A stretch of 23,081 nt of DNA. Source: Candidatus Fervidifonticultor quintus (GTDB lineage Bacteria; Sysuimicrobiota; Sysuimicrobiia; Sysuimicrobiales; Humicultoraceae). Shown here piece after piece: positions 1-9,828 of the stretch. The stretch is taken from the NCBI GenBank assembly GCA_031459535.1, contig JAVKIJ010000048.1:1-23081 (forward strand). The letters are read 5' to 3'. Position numbers and translations under genes: made by a program. The notes beneath the pieces were generated by a model. It was not told the DNA's origin and made no database searches. It saw nothing but the letters and a program-made list of their open reading frames with translations. The stretch's first letter is position 1. Each line of letters begins with the position of its first letter.

Positions 1-78
1 GGCAGCGTCCATCACCGGCCGGTCGGACGTGCTGCCCATGATGATGCCTGCCAGCGGCGCATCCGCCGCCCGCGTCAT
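1..78 (-). CDS. purE: N5-carboxyaminoimidazole ribonucleotide mutase PurE, 5' fragment truncated by the window edge
   Basis: ATG at 78 overlaps the smpB TGA (ATGA). Hand translation MTRAADAPLAGIIMGSTSDRPVMDAA matches the PurE N-terminal GIIMGSxSDxxVM motif. A GGAGGAG RBS-like tract lies upstream. Not in the ORF track because it is truncated. Confidence 0.85.
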   Translation of the reverse strand, partial: MTRAADAPLAGIIMGSTSDRPVMDAA

Positions 79-554
79 GGTTCCCCTCTCCTCCCCCCTG
101 TGGTACGCTTGACGGCTCGCTGCGCCTCGCGGTCGGCCTCCCTCTCGCCGATGGCCTCGCGCTTGTCGTAGAGCTTCTTGCCGCGGGCCAGCGCGATCTC
201 GACCTTGGCGCGCCCGCGGCTGAAGTACAGGCGCAGCGGTACCAGCGTGTAGCCTCTCTGGGACACCTTGCCGGCCAGACGCTCAATCTGGCGGCGGTGC
301 AGGAGCAGCTTGCGGGTGCGCAGTGGATCGTGGTTGAAGATGTTGCCAGCTTCGTACGGCGGGATGTGGAGGTGGTACAGCCATGCCTCGCCGTTCTCGA
401 TGCGGGCATACGCGTCGCCAAGAGACGCGCGGCCGGACCGCAGCGCCTTGACCTCGGTGCCGGTGAGGACCAGGCCCGCTTCCAGTGACTCTTCAATATG
501 GTACTCGTGCCGCGCGCGGCGGTTGGACGCGATCAGCTTCTCGGCGTCGCCCAT
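75..554 (-). CDS. smpB: SsrA-binding protein SmpB
   Basis: NRRARHEY, EAGLVLTGTEVKALR, NHDPLRTRKLLLH, LARGKKLYDKRE motifs. Confidence 0.98.
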   Translation of the reverse strand: MGDAEKLIASNRRARHEYHIEESLEAGLVLTGTEVKALRSGRASLGDAYARIENGEAWLYHLHIPPYEAGNIFNHDPLRTRKLLLHRRQIERLAGKVSQRGYTLVPLRLYFSRGRAKVEIALARGKKLYDKREAIGEREADREAQRAVKRTTGGRRGEP

Positions 555-976
555 GCTGCCTGCCCCTCGATGGGACCGCCATCATCGCCCGGGCGCATCA
601 CGGCCAGCGTGCCCTCGGCCTCGGCCACCACGGCGCCGTCGAAGGTGCGGAGCACCGCCCGGCCCCGCCGCATCGCACCCCTGCGGCCCGTCTCCTCGGC
701 CTCCACACGCAGCAGGTGGCCGGGTCGTGCGGGCCGGCGGTACCGGACGGCCAGCCGGGCCGTCACGGTGGGCTCCCCACGATAGTAGCCGATCGCCGCC
801 AGCGCATCGTCGAGGATCGCGGCCAGGATGCCGCCGTGGACGACGCCGTCGAACCCCACGTGCAGGTCGGTGGGGATGAACTCGCCGAACACGCGGCCCG
901 CTTCTACCCTGAACCGGACGTGCAGTCCGATGGGATTGGTCTGGCTGCACACGAAGCACGACGACGCGTCCCGCAT
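533..976 (-). CDS. PaaI-family (hotdog fold) thioesterase
   Basis: C-terminal part of ORF 533..1681 carries CFVCxxxNPIGL, GVVHGGILAAILDD and TARLAVRYRRP. Start placed at ATG 976; an alternative ATC at 997 has the better RBS. Confidence 0.85.
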   Translation of the reverse strand: MRDASSCFVCSQTNPIGLHVRFRVEAGRVFGEFIPTDLHVGFDGVVHGGILAAILDDALAAIGYYRGEPTVTARLAVRYRRPARPGHLLRVEAEETGRRGAMRRGRAVLRTFDGAVVAEAEGTLAVMRPGDDGGPIEGQAAWATPRS

Positions 977-1026
977 GCCTTCATCGTTCGCCGCGATCGC
1001 CGGTCCTCCCCGCTTGCTCCCCGACG

Positions 1027-1899
1027 CTAGAGCGCCCGTTCGAGATACAGGAAGGTGCGCTCGACCCCGAACCCGATCGCCCGCAGGAATGCCCCGACCG
1101 AGGGATCGAGCGCCCATGCCGTGGCCAGCGGCGGCGCCGCGCGGCCGTGCATGGCCCCCAGCACGGCAGCCGCCAGCGCCCGGCCGACGCCGCGCCGGCG
1201 GTGCCTGCCGTCCACACCCACGGTCCAGTCGCCACGGCCGGCGCGGGTCTCGGAGACCGCGTAGCCGACCAGGACGCCGTCCCGGATGGCCACGAACCCT
1301 CTGCCGCCCCTGGCGGACAGCACCCGCTCGAACTCGTCGGCACGGGACCGCTGTGGGTCCACGTCGCGCGCCAGCCGGCTGACCGCCCTGGCGTCCTCGG
1401 GCGTCGAGCGCCGGACCTGATAGCCCTCGGGGGGCGCAGCTGCCGGGCGCCGTGCGCCGCGATAGCGGTAGACCAGGAGTGCGTTGGTGAAAGTCGCTCG
1501 CGCATGGAGCGCCACGGCCAATCCGAAGGCATTGGCCTCGGCGACCCGCAGGAGCAGCGTGTCCTGGCGGCCATGCTGGAAGAGTCCGGTCAGATGCTGC
1601 GTGGTGCGGGCGACCAGCGCCTCCTGCGTACGGCCCGGATGCTCGCCAAGCCCTGGCAGCAACAGCTCCTCGACCAACCACTGCCCGCCCACCCGGCCCA
1701 CCACGAGCACGCCGGCCGGCTGCCTATTGACCTCGATGACGCTGATGGACTTCTCGGACTGCACCCACCACAGGTCGCGGGGCTGGAGCGGACCGTCGCG
1801 GTCAAATGTGGGCGAGTACCCGCCGCCGTAGGCCGCGTCCAGGAAGCGCACGATGGTGGCGCCGTCGTCGGAGGTGGCCGGCCGAATTAGCAGGTGCAT
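1027..1899 (-). CDS. GNAT-family N-acetyltransferase, probably two GNAT-like domains
   Basis: IRPATSDD and VRRSTPEDARAV domain starts, acetyl-CoA motif A HRRRGVGRAL, and FLRAIGF C-terminal motif. Confidence 0.8.
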   Translation of the reverse strand: MHLLIRPATSDDGATIVRFLDAAYGGGYSPTFDRDGPLQPRDLWWVQSEKSISVIEVNRQPAGVLVVGRVGGQWLVEELLLPGLGEHPGRTQEALVARTTQHLTGLFQHGRQDTLLLRVAEANAFGLAVALHARATFTNALLVYRYRGARRPAAAPPEGYQVRRSTPEDARAVSRLARDVDPQRSRADEFERVLSARGGRGFVAIRDGVLVGYAVSETRAGRGDWTVGVDGRHRRRGVGRALAAAVLGAMHGRAAPPLATAWALDPSVGAFLRAIGFGVERTFLYLERAL

Positions 1900-1905
1900 G
1901 GGAGT

Positions 1906-2274
1906 CTACCGCGTCACAACGGGCGCATCGGCCCAGAGCCGTTCGAGCCGGTAGAACGCCCGGGCTTCGGGCCCGAACACGTGAACGACCACGTCGCCGT
2001 AGTCGAGTAGCACCCACTGTGCGGATTCGTCGCCTTCGCGCACAGGGCGCGGTCGGGCATCGCCTAGCCCTTCCTCGACGGCGTCACAGATCGCGCGGAT
2101 CTGCACGCGGCTGGTGCCGGTGCAGATGACGAAGTAATCGGTCACCAGAGTGTGGTCCCGCAGGTCGAGGACCACCACGTCTTCGGCCCGCTTGGACTCC
2201 GCGATCTGCGCAGCGCGCAGGGCCTTGGACAGCGACGCGGGCGGCCCGACGCGGCGGGCGGCCCGTCTAGCCAC
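1906..2274 (-). CDS. rsfS: Ribosome silencing factor RsfS (Iojap)
   Basis: KRAEDVVVLDL, DYFVICTG, WVLLDYGDVVVHVF, RAFYRLERLWADA. Confidence 0.96.
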   Translation of the reverse strand: MARRAARRVGPPASLSKALRAAQIAESKRAEDVVVLDLRDHTLVTDYFVICTGTSRVQIRAICDAVEEGLGDARPRPVREGDESAQWVLLDYGDVVVHVFGPEARAFYRLERLWADAPVVTR

Positions 2275-2905
2275 GCCCGACCTCGCGGGCCATCGCTTCC
2301 CGGTACAAACCGTGTTTGGCGATATAGGACTCGACCGCCTCAGGCACCAGGTACTTGATCGGCTGACCCCGCAGGACCCGCAGACGGATATCGGTCGACG
2401 AGATCGCCAGCGCTGGGACCGCCATCACGTGGACGTTCTCCAGCGTCCGCCCGATGAAGTTGCTGCGCCGCAGCGTCTCCAGGTCGAGGGCGAATCCCGG
2501 CCGAGTGGCGGCGATGAACTGGCACGTGTGGAGCAACTCCGCGGACTGCTCCCACTCGCCGCGCAGGATCTGCAGAATGGCATCCGCGCCGGTGATGTAG
2601 TAGAGCACCGCGCCAGGCCACTGGGCCGAGAGTTCGCGAATGGTCTGAATCGTGTACGAGGGGCCGGGCCGCTCGATCTCGATGCGGGAGACGCCAAAGC
2701 ACGGGTTGGACACGGTGGCCAGAAACGTCATCAGATAGCGGTGCTCCGGGGCCGTGACCTCTGAGGGGTCCTTGTGGGGAGGATGGCGATTGGGGACGAA
2801 GAGCACGCGGTCCAGGTGGAACTGCGCCCGCGCCTCCTCGGCGGTGACCAGATGGCCGTGATGGATCGGGTCGAACGTCCCGCCCATGACGCCGAGCCTA
2901 GTCAC
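2267..2905 (-). CDS. nadD: Nicotinate-nucleotide adenylyltransferase
   Basis: GGTFDPIHHGH, PPHK, SYTIQT, ITGADA, ISSTDIR, YIAKHGLY. Confidence 0.97.
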   Translation of the reverse strand: MTRLGVMGGTFDPIHHGHLVTAEEARAQFHLDRVLFVPNRHPPHKDPSEVTAPEHRYLMTFLATVSNPCFGVSRIEIERPGPSYTIQTIRELSAQWPGAVLYYITGADAILQILRGEWEQSAELLHTCQFIAATRPGFALDLETLRRSNFIGRTLENVHVMAVPALAISSTDIRLRVLRGQPIKYLVPEAVESYIAKHGLYREAMAREVGRG

Positions 2906-2912
2906 GATGCCC

Positions 2913-3974
<1,062 letters not shown>

Positions 3975-3980
3975 TCATGC

Positions 3981-4012
3981 AAGCAAACGGCCCGGGTCGC
4001 ACGACCCGGGCC
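3981..4012 (-). terminator. Probable intrinsic terminator or attenuating hairpin after rpmA
   Basis: Minus strand reads GGCCCGGGTC-GTGC-GACCCGGGCC (perfect 10-bp stem, 3989-4012) followed by an imperfect U tract GTTTGCTT. Confidence 0.65.
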
Positions 4013-4035
4013 AGGGGGCCTGATCCCGAGCAGCG

Positions 4036-4296
4036 TCAGGCGGGGACAGGATAGACGCTCACCTGCCGGCCGTCGCGCCCTCGGCGTTCGAACGCCACCA
4101 CACCGCTAGCCAGCGCGAAGAGCGTGTGGTCGCGACCGCGCCCGACGTTGCGACCGGGAGCGACCCGCGTGCCGCGCTGCCGCACGAGCACAGCTCCGGC
4201 CAGCACGAACTGGCCGTCGAACCGTTTGATCCCCAGCCGCTTGCTGGTCGAATCACGGCCGTTCCGGCTGCTGCCAACGCCCTTCTTGGACGCCAT
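4036..4296 (-). CDS. rpmA: 50S ribosomal protein L27
   Basis: [51 protein letters not shown]. Confidence 0.98.
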   Translation of the reverse strand: MASKKGVGSSRNGRDSTSKRLGIKRFDGQFVLAGAVLVRQRGTRVAPGRNVGRGRDHTLFALASGVVAFERRGRDGRQVSVYPVPA

Positions 4297-4308
4297 CTCC
4301 AGTCCTCC

Positions 4309-4626
4309 TCAGTGCTCCGGCACGACGATCCGCTCGATCCGGACCTCGGTGAACGCCTGCCGGTGGCCGGTCTTGCGGCGCGAGTGCGCCTTGGCCTTGA
4401 ACTTCATGACGACGACCTTGCGGGCCCGCCCCTGCCGTACCACCCGTCCCTGTACGGACGCGCCCTCGACGGTCGGCGTCCCCACGTGCGGAGTGCCGTC
4501 GGCGACGAGCAGGACGCGGTCCAGCGTGACGAGGTCGCCCGGCGCCGCCCGAAGCTTCTCGAGCCGCACCACATCGCCCTCGCGCACCGTCACCTGTTTG
4601 CCGCCCGTCTCGATCACCGCGTACAC
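4309..4626 (-). CDS. rplU: 50S ribosomal protein L21
   Basis: GTG start at 4626 with GGAGGTG RBS; MYAVIETGGKQ and GHRQxFT motifs. The ORF-track start at 4776 is overextended. Confidence 0.97.
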   Translation of the reverse strand: MYAVIETGGKQVTVREGDVVRLEKLRAAPGDLVTLDRVLLVADGTPHVGTPTVEGASVQGRVVRQGRARKVVVMKFKAKAHSRRKTGHRQAFTEVRIERIVVPEH

Positions 4627-4649
4627 GACGCACCTCCCCGGACCGCGAA

Positions 4650-4679
4650 ATTGTAGCACGGGGGCTCCAGACGCGTCAA
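4650..4679 (-). promoter_or_regulatory. Sigma70/SigA-type promoter of rplU-rpmA
   Basis: TTGACG (4679-4674), 18 nt spacer, TACAAT (4655-4650) with extended -10 TG; an AT-richer island in a GC-rich background. Confidence 0.8.
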
Positions 4680-4714
4680 TTTGGGCCTCGCGTCGCCGGG
4701 CACGGACCGCCCCG

Positions 4715-6424
4715 TCACCCACCGGGCTCCAGGCGCTGGGCCGGATCCCGGGCGCCCTTCGGACCGTTCCCTCCACGCAACAGGCGGAGGACGCGCTGGA
4801 CGAACGTGCCCCGCTCCTCCGCCTCGTGGGTCATCGCTACCGCCATCTCGTAGAACGGGTCGCGCTCGGCCAGCGAGAGCACTTCGCCGGGCTCGCGATC
4901 CAGCCAGAACTGTTGCCGTTTGCCCGCGCCAGCCGCGGCCTCGAGGCTTCCCAGGGAATCGGCTTCGGTGACGTTCAACCGCTCCAGGTGCAGCCCCTCG
5001 CGGCCCTTGATTCGCAACTGCTTGCCGGAAGCCTCTTCGACGGCCCGCACCCACCCGGCGCCGTCCTTGAACAGCGCGCCGGCCACCTGAGGGTGCACCT
5101 CGATCAGGATGGCCGGGTTCTTGGACTCACGGGCGAGCCGGCGGGCCTCGCGGCGCACGCGCATGGCCACCGTTTCGGGCGAGAGGACCCGGCCCCGCCC
5201 ATCGCAGTACGGGCAGGGGATGCGCATGGTTTCCTCGAGGTCCTGGTGTACCCGCTTGCGCGTGATCTCCACCAGGCCCAGACTGGTCAGATCGATCACG
5301 TGGAGCTTGGCGCGGTCGCGCTGCACGGCCTCATGGAGCGCGTTCATGACCCGCTGGCGGTGCTCTTCCTTCTCCATGTCAATGAAGTCCACCAGGATGA
5401 TGCCGCCGATGTCGCGCAGCGTGATCTGGCGGACGATCTCGCCGACCGCCTCCAGGTTGGTGCGCAGGATGGTACTGGCCAGGTCGGTCTTGCCCACGTA
5501 CTTGCCGGTGTTGACGTCGATGACCGTCAGCGCCTCGGTCCGGTCGATGACCAGGTACCCCCCCGACCGGAGCCACACCCGCCGCCGCAGGGCCCGGTCA
5601 ATCTCGCGTTCCACGCCGTAACGTTCGAAGACCGGCTCCTCGTCCCGGTGGAGCACCAGACGGTCGCGCAGGTGCGGCGCGAACGACGAGAGCAAGTCGG
5701 CAATGCGGCCGTACTCCTCCGCGGAGTCCACGATGAACCGCGTCACTTCTTCGGTGAACAGGTCGCGCACGATGCGCCGGATCAGGCGCAGGTCCTGGTA
5801 GACCAGGGCCGGCGCGCGGTTGGCGCGGGCGCGTTCCAGTACCCGGTGCCACATCTGCCGCAGGAATGCCACGTCGTCGGCCAGGACCTTCTCCTCCGCG
5901 CCCTCGGCCGCGGTGCGCACGATCACCCCCATGCCCTCGGGCCTTATCCGTTCGGCAATCTGCCGGAGCCGGCGTCGCTCGGCCTCGTTGCTGATGCGCC
6001 GGCTGACGCCAATGTAGTTGACGGTGGGCATGAGGACCAGGTAGTGCGCGGGCAGCGCCACATAGGTGGTCACCCGCGCACCTTTGGTCCCCATGGGTTC
6101 CTTGGTGACCTGCACGAGGATCTCCTGACCGGTCCGCAACCGGTCGGCGATGGCGCCGCGGCCAATCCAATCCTCGATCTCTTCGCCCGCCAGGGGCGTC
6201 GAGCGGATGTCGGCCACATGGAGGAACGCGTTGCGTTCGAGTCCGATGTCCACGAAGGCGGCCTCCATACCGGGCAGCACGTTGCTCACGCGGCCCTTGT
6301 AGATGTTGCCGGCCACCGGCTCCGACCGCTCGATGAACAGGTTGACCAACACGCCGTCCTCCATGACGGCAACCCGCGTCTCCGCGGCCTCGATGTTCGC
6401 GATGATCTCTTTGGCCATGGGCAC
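4715..6424 (-). CDS. rng: Rne/Rng family ribonuclease (RNase G/E)
   Basis: GNIYKGRV..VLPGMEAAFVDIG (S1), QVTKEPMGTKGARVT, catalytic VIDVNTG and GGIILVDFIDM, Zn-link CPYCDGRG. Start is ATG 6424 or 6418. Confidence 0.95.
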   Translation of the reverse strand: MPMAKEIIANIEAAETRVAVMEDGVLVNLFIERSEPVAGNIYKGRVSNVLPGMEAAFVDIGLERNAFLHVADIRSTPLAGEEIEDWIGRGAIADRLRTGQEILVQVTKEPMGTKGARVTTYVALPAHYLVLMPTVNYIGVSRRISNEAERRRLRQIAERIRPEGMGVIVRTAAEGAEEKVLADDVAFLRQMWHRVLERARANRAPALVYQDLRLIRRIVRDLFTEEVTRFIVDSAEEYGRIADLLSSFAPHLRDRLVLHRDEEPVFERYGVEREIDRALRRRVWLRSGGYLVIDRTEALTVIDVNTGKYVGKTDLASTILRTNLEAVGEIVRQITLRDIGGIILVDFIDMEKEEHRQRVMNALHEAVQRDRAKLHVIDLTSLGLVEITRKRVHQDLEETMRIPCPYCDGRGRVLSPETVAMRVRREARRLARESKNPAILIEVHPQVAGALFKDGAGWVRAVEEASGKQLRIKGREGLHLERLNVTEADSLGSLEAAAGAGKRQQFWLDREPGEVLSLAERDPFYEMAVAMTHEAEERGTFVQRVLRLLRGGNGPKGARDPAQRLEPGG

Positions 6425-6431
6425 AAGCTCC

Positions 6432-7538
6432 TCAAACTCGGCGGGACCAGTACCCGGAGCGCCGCCGCAACCGGATGGACAGCAGCAGGCCGGTCCCGAT
6501 CAATGTGGAGAGCAGTGACGATCCGCCGTAACTCATCAGGGGCAGCGGGATACCCGTGACGGGCAGGAGTCCCACTGTCATCCCAATGTTCACCACCACA
6601 TGGAACACCATCATGGCCGCTAAACCCGTCGCCATCAGGGCGCCGAGGCGATCGCCGGCCGAGGCGGCGATGTCCAGGGCCCGCCACACCCAGAGGAGGT
6701 AGAGCGCCAGCAGCGCCACGGCACCGACGAAGCCCAGCTCTTCGCCGATGACGGTGAAGATGAAGTCGGTGTGCTGTTCGGGGATGAACCGCAGCAGGGT
6801 TTGGGTACCGGCGAACAGCCCCTTGCCGAAGATCTGACCCGAGCCGATGGCGATCTTGGACTGGATGAGCGCGTAGCCCGCGCCCAGGGGGTCGGCGGCG
6901 GGGTCCAGGAACGCGAGCAGGCGCCGGCGCTGGTAGTCGTGGAGGAGGGGCCAGCCAAACGGTATCACCACCGCACCGATTGCGGCAAGCCCGCCCAGGT
7001 CGGCCACGCGCGCCCCACCCACGTAGAGCATGGCGGCCAGAATCGCAAGGAGCACCAGCGCGGTGCCCAGATCGGGCTGGCGGATGATCAGCGCCATGGG
7101 CACCGCCACGTGCGCAAAGAACGGGAACAGCGCGCGCATCCGGGGCAGCGTCCTGGTCACGTCCAGGTGCCGAGCCAGCGTGACGATCAGGGCCAGCTTC
7201 GCCAGCTCCGACGGCTGGAACGTCCCCAGCGACCCCAGGGTGATCCACCGCTGCGCGCCCAGCCGCGCGTCGCCCACGACCAGCACCGCTGCCAGCAACG
7301 CCAGCGTGCCAACGTAGATCACGGTGGCCGCGCTGGCCAGCCGGCGATAGTCTATCAGGGTGGCAGCCACGAGGGTTCCCCCGCCGACGGTCACGTGCAG
7401 CACCCGTGTGCGCAGAAGCGCCGGAGCGTCGGGAGAGCCGTGCGTGGCCGAGATCAACGTCAGCAACCCGTAGGCTGCCAGCACGGCCGTGGCGCCGATG
7501 AGCACCCAATCGATCTCGCGGGTCCAGCGGCCCGTCAT
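6432..7538 (-). CDS. rodA: Rod shape-determining SEDS protein RodA
   Basis: GAQRWI, FQPSELAK, QPDLGTA, QSKIAIGSG, PEQHTDFIF..IGEELG, GIPLPLMSYGGSS. ATG 7538 overlaps the mrdA stop (ATGA). Confidence 0.96.
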   Translation of the reverse strand: MTGRWTREIDWVLIGATAVLAAYGLLTLISATHGSPDAPALLRTRVLHVTVGGGTLVAATLIDYRRLASAATVIYVGTLALLAAVLVVGDARLGAQRWITLGSLGTFQPSELAKLALIVTLARHLDVTRTLPRMRALFPFFAHVAVPMALIIRQPDLGTALVLLAILAAMLYVGGARVADLGGLAAIGAVVIPFGWPLLHDYQRRRLLAFLDPAADPLGAGYALIQSKIAIGSGQIFGKGLFAGTQTLLRFIPEQHTDFIFTVIGEELGFVGAVALLALYLLWVWRALDIAASAGDRLGALMATGLAAMMVFHVVVNIGMTVGLLPVTGIPLPLMSYGGSSLLSTLIGTGLLLSIRLRRRSGYWSRRV

Positions 7539-9301
7539 GGCCCTCGCTCCCCGATGGCGGCCGGGGCCAGCATGGGCCTGGCGGCCTCGAAGATCGCCCT
7601 GGCAATCGGCGCGGCCGTTACACCACCCCGGTAGCCATGCTCGACGAAGACCACCACGACGAGCGCCGGCTGCGCCGCCGGGGCGTACCCTGCAAACCAG
7701 GCGTGCGGTCGGCCCCTGGGATTCTCGGCGCTCCCGGTCTTCCCCGCGATCTCCAGCCCCTCGACGGCCGCAGCCGTGCCCGTGCCGCCCCTGACCACCG
7801 CCAGAAGCCCTTCCCGAAGGGTCTGGAGGGCGTCCGGCGGCAGCGACACGCCGACCGGCGCGGCCACCGGGGCGAACGTCTGGCTGGTGGCCTCGTCGGC
7901 AGCCAGGATCTTGCGCACCAGTCGCGGCGCGTACAACGTGCCACCGTTGGCCACAGCGCTCATCGCCCGCGCGATCTGGATCGGCGTCGCAAGCACGAAC
8001 CCCTGGCCGATGGCCAGGTTCAGGGTGTCGCCGGGATACCACGGTTCCCTCCACGTTCGCCGCTTCCACTCGGGGGTCGGGACGATGCCGGAAGCCTCGG
8101 CCGGCAGATCCACACCGGTCGGCTGCCCCAGCCCCAGGGCCGTGGCATAGCGGGCCAGCTGGGCCTCCCCGACCGCGCGGCCCAGGGTCCAGAACATCAC
8201 GTTGCACGACACCTGGGTCCCCCGGATGAAGTTGACCGTGCCGTAAGCGGCCAGATCCCGGAAGACCCAGCGGCCCAGGTGCAACGCGCCCGTGCACTGG
8301 AACACGCTGTCGCGGGTGGCGGCGCGCTCGGACAGGGCCGCGAGCCCGGTGACGATCTTGAATACCGACCCGGGTTCGTAAGTCCCCTCCGTGGCGCGGT
8401 TCAACAGCGGGAGCTGTCTGTCGGCGATGAGGCGCTTCCAGTTGGCGTCGCTGATCCCGCCGGCGAATGCGCTGGGATCGTAGGCCGGCGAGCTGGCCAG
8501 CACCAGGACCTCTCCGTTGCGCGGGTCTATGGCTACCACAGCACCCACTTTGCCCGCCAGCGCCGCCTCGGCCACAGCCTGCAACGTGGCATCGAGGTTG
8601 GTGACCAGGGAGCGGCCCGGCCGTGCGGCCTGGCGGTCTATCACGCGCTGGGGCCGGCCCGACACATCGACCTCGACACGCAGGCGCCCGGGCGTGCCGC
8701 GGAGGATCTCGTCGTAGTAGCGCTCGATGCCGGTCTTCCCGATCAGGTCGCCGGGACGGTACGCCGGCTTGCTGCGCAGCTCGTCCTCGGTGATCTCACC
8801 GAGGTAGCCCAGCGCGTGCGCCGCGAGCTGCCGGTGCAGGTACTCCCGCACGGGTTCGGCCTGGATGATCACGCCGGGCAGGTCGAGCCGGTTCTCCTCG
8901 ATGGTGAGCACCGCGGCCTTGCTCACATTGTGGCGCAACGGCACCGGCTCGAACGGTCGGCGCCGCCCGGCCTCGAGCCGGGCCAACACCTCCTGGCGGT
9001 CGATGCCCAGCACGCCGGCCAGGGCATCGGCCAGCGGGCCGGGTTGACGCACCTCCATGGGCAAGAGACTCACCGTGAACGCGGCCCGGTTGGTGACCAG
9101 CGGCTGGCCACGCCTGTCGAAGATCACGCCACGCGGCGCTGGCACTGCGATGTCTCGGAAGCGGTTGTGCTCGGAGCGGTCGACGTAGTACTTGCCCTGG
9201 ATCGCCTGGAGCGACCACAACCGCCCCACCAGCACCGCAAACAACAGCAGCACCAGGCCCGCAAGGCGCGCGACGCGGGCGGCCCACGGCGCCTCGCTCA
9301 T
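7535..9301 (-). CDS. mrdA: Penicillin-binding protein 2
   Basis: N-terminal TM, APRGVIFDR, GKTGIE, active-site PGSVFK (SxxK), SCN (SxN), KTG; position within the mre cluster. Confidence 0.96.
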   Translation of the reverse strand: MSEAPWAARVARLAGLVLLLFAVLVGRLWSLQAIQGKYYVDRSEHNRFRDIAVPAPRGVIFDRRGQPLVTNRAAFTVSLLPMEVRQPGPLADALAGVLGIDRQEVLARLEAGRRRPFEPVPLRHNVSKAAVLTIEENRLDLPGVIIQAEPVREYLHRQLAAHALGYLGEITEDELRSKPAYRPGDLIGKTGIERYYDEILRGTPGRLRVEVDVSGRPQRVIDRQAARPGRSLVTNLDATLQAVAEAALAGKVGAVVAIDPRNGEVLVLASSPAYDPSAFAGGISDANWKRLIADRQLPLLNRATEGTYEPGSVFKIVTGLAALSERAATRDSVFQCTGALHLGRWVFRDLAAYGTVNFIRGTQVSCNVMFWTLGRAVGEAQLARYATALGLGQPTGVDLPAEASGIVPTPEWKRRTWREPWYPGDTLNLAIGQGFVLATPIQIARAMSAVANGGTLYAPRLVRKILAADEATSQTFAPVAAPVGVSLPPDALQTLREGLLAVVRGGTGTAAAVEGLEIAGKTGSAENPRGRPHAWFAGYAPAAQPALVVVVFVEHGYRGGVTAAPIARAIFEAARPMLAPAAIGERGP

Positions 9302-9825
9302 CGGAGCACCCTGTGGCCGATGTTCCGGCCCACGTAGCGGCGCTCGGCCAGGCGGTCAATCCACCGCAGCAGCCTGTCGACCCAACCGGCGAAGACCGCG
9401 TTTGACGCTGCTCCAAGCGCCACGTCTGCAGCCAGGGCGGCCCACGCGACGCGCGCCGCGCCGGTGAGGGTCACCATGGCGGCACTGACGAGCCCCAGAC
9501 CCACAGTGCCAGCAACGGCGGCTGCCGCGGGAAGAGCGCGCTGCTGCTGGTCCACCATGGCACTGGCCGCGCCGGCGAGCGCGCCGACACCGAGGTAGGA
9601 TAGGGCAAACAGTCCCATCGGTCCCCCGCCGATCAGATCCCGCAGGTATCCGGCGGCCGCGCCGGCGAGGGCACCCGACTCGAGGCCGCGGCGGATGCCC
9701 ACACCGAGCGCCACAAGCAGCAGCAGATCTGGGCCGACGGGGAGCGGCAGCCGTGACGCCCAGGCGCTGTCCACAAGCGCGGCCGCAAGCAAGCAGATGA
9801 CCAGTAACACGAGTCGGACGATCAT
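9298..9825 (-). CDS. mreD: Rod shape-determining protein MreD
   Basis: Hydrophobic protein with PDLLLL and GYLRDL motifs, located between mreC and mrdA. Confidence 0.88.
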   Translation of the reverse strand: MIVRLVLLVICLLAAALVDSAWASRLPLPVGPDLLLLVALGVGIRRGLESGALAGAAAGYLRDLIGGGPMGLFALSYLGVGALAGAASAMVDQQQRALPAAAAVAGTVGLGLVSAAMVTLTGAARVAWAALAADVALGAASNAVFAGWVDRLLRWIDRLAERRYVGRNIGHRVLR

Positions 9826-9828
9826 CGT

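Noticed and set aside
1..75. tmRNA (ssrA) next to smpB
   Set aside because: The region encodes the PurE N-terminus and shows no tRNA-like GGGG...CCA ends.
4627..4714. L21 leader RNA upstream of rplU
   Set aside because: The promoter -10 is only 23 nt from the start codon, leaving no room for a structured leader.
4124..6559. 811-aa plus-strand ORF, and other long antisense ORFs such as 2886..4109, 7637..9337, 14971..16173, 19456..20805 and 21645..22937
   Set aside because: They lie antisense to well-identified genes, carry no recognisable motifs and are often Arg/Pro/Ser/Ala-rich. These are shadow ORFs expected from high-GC codon bias.
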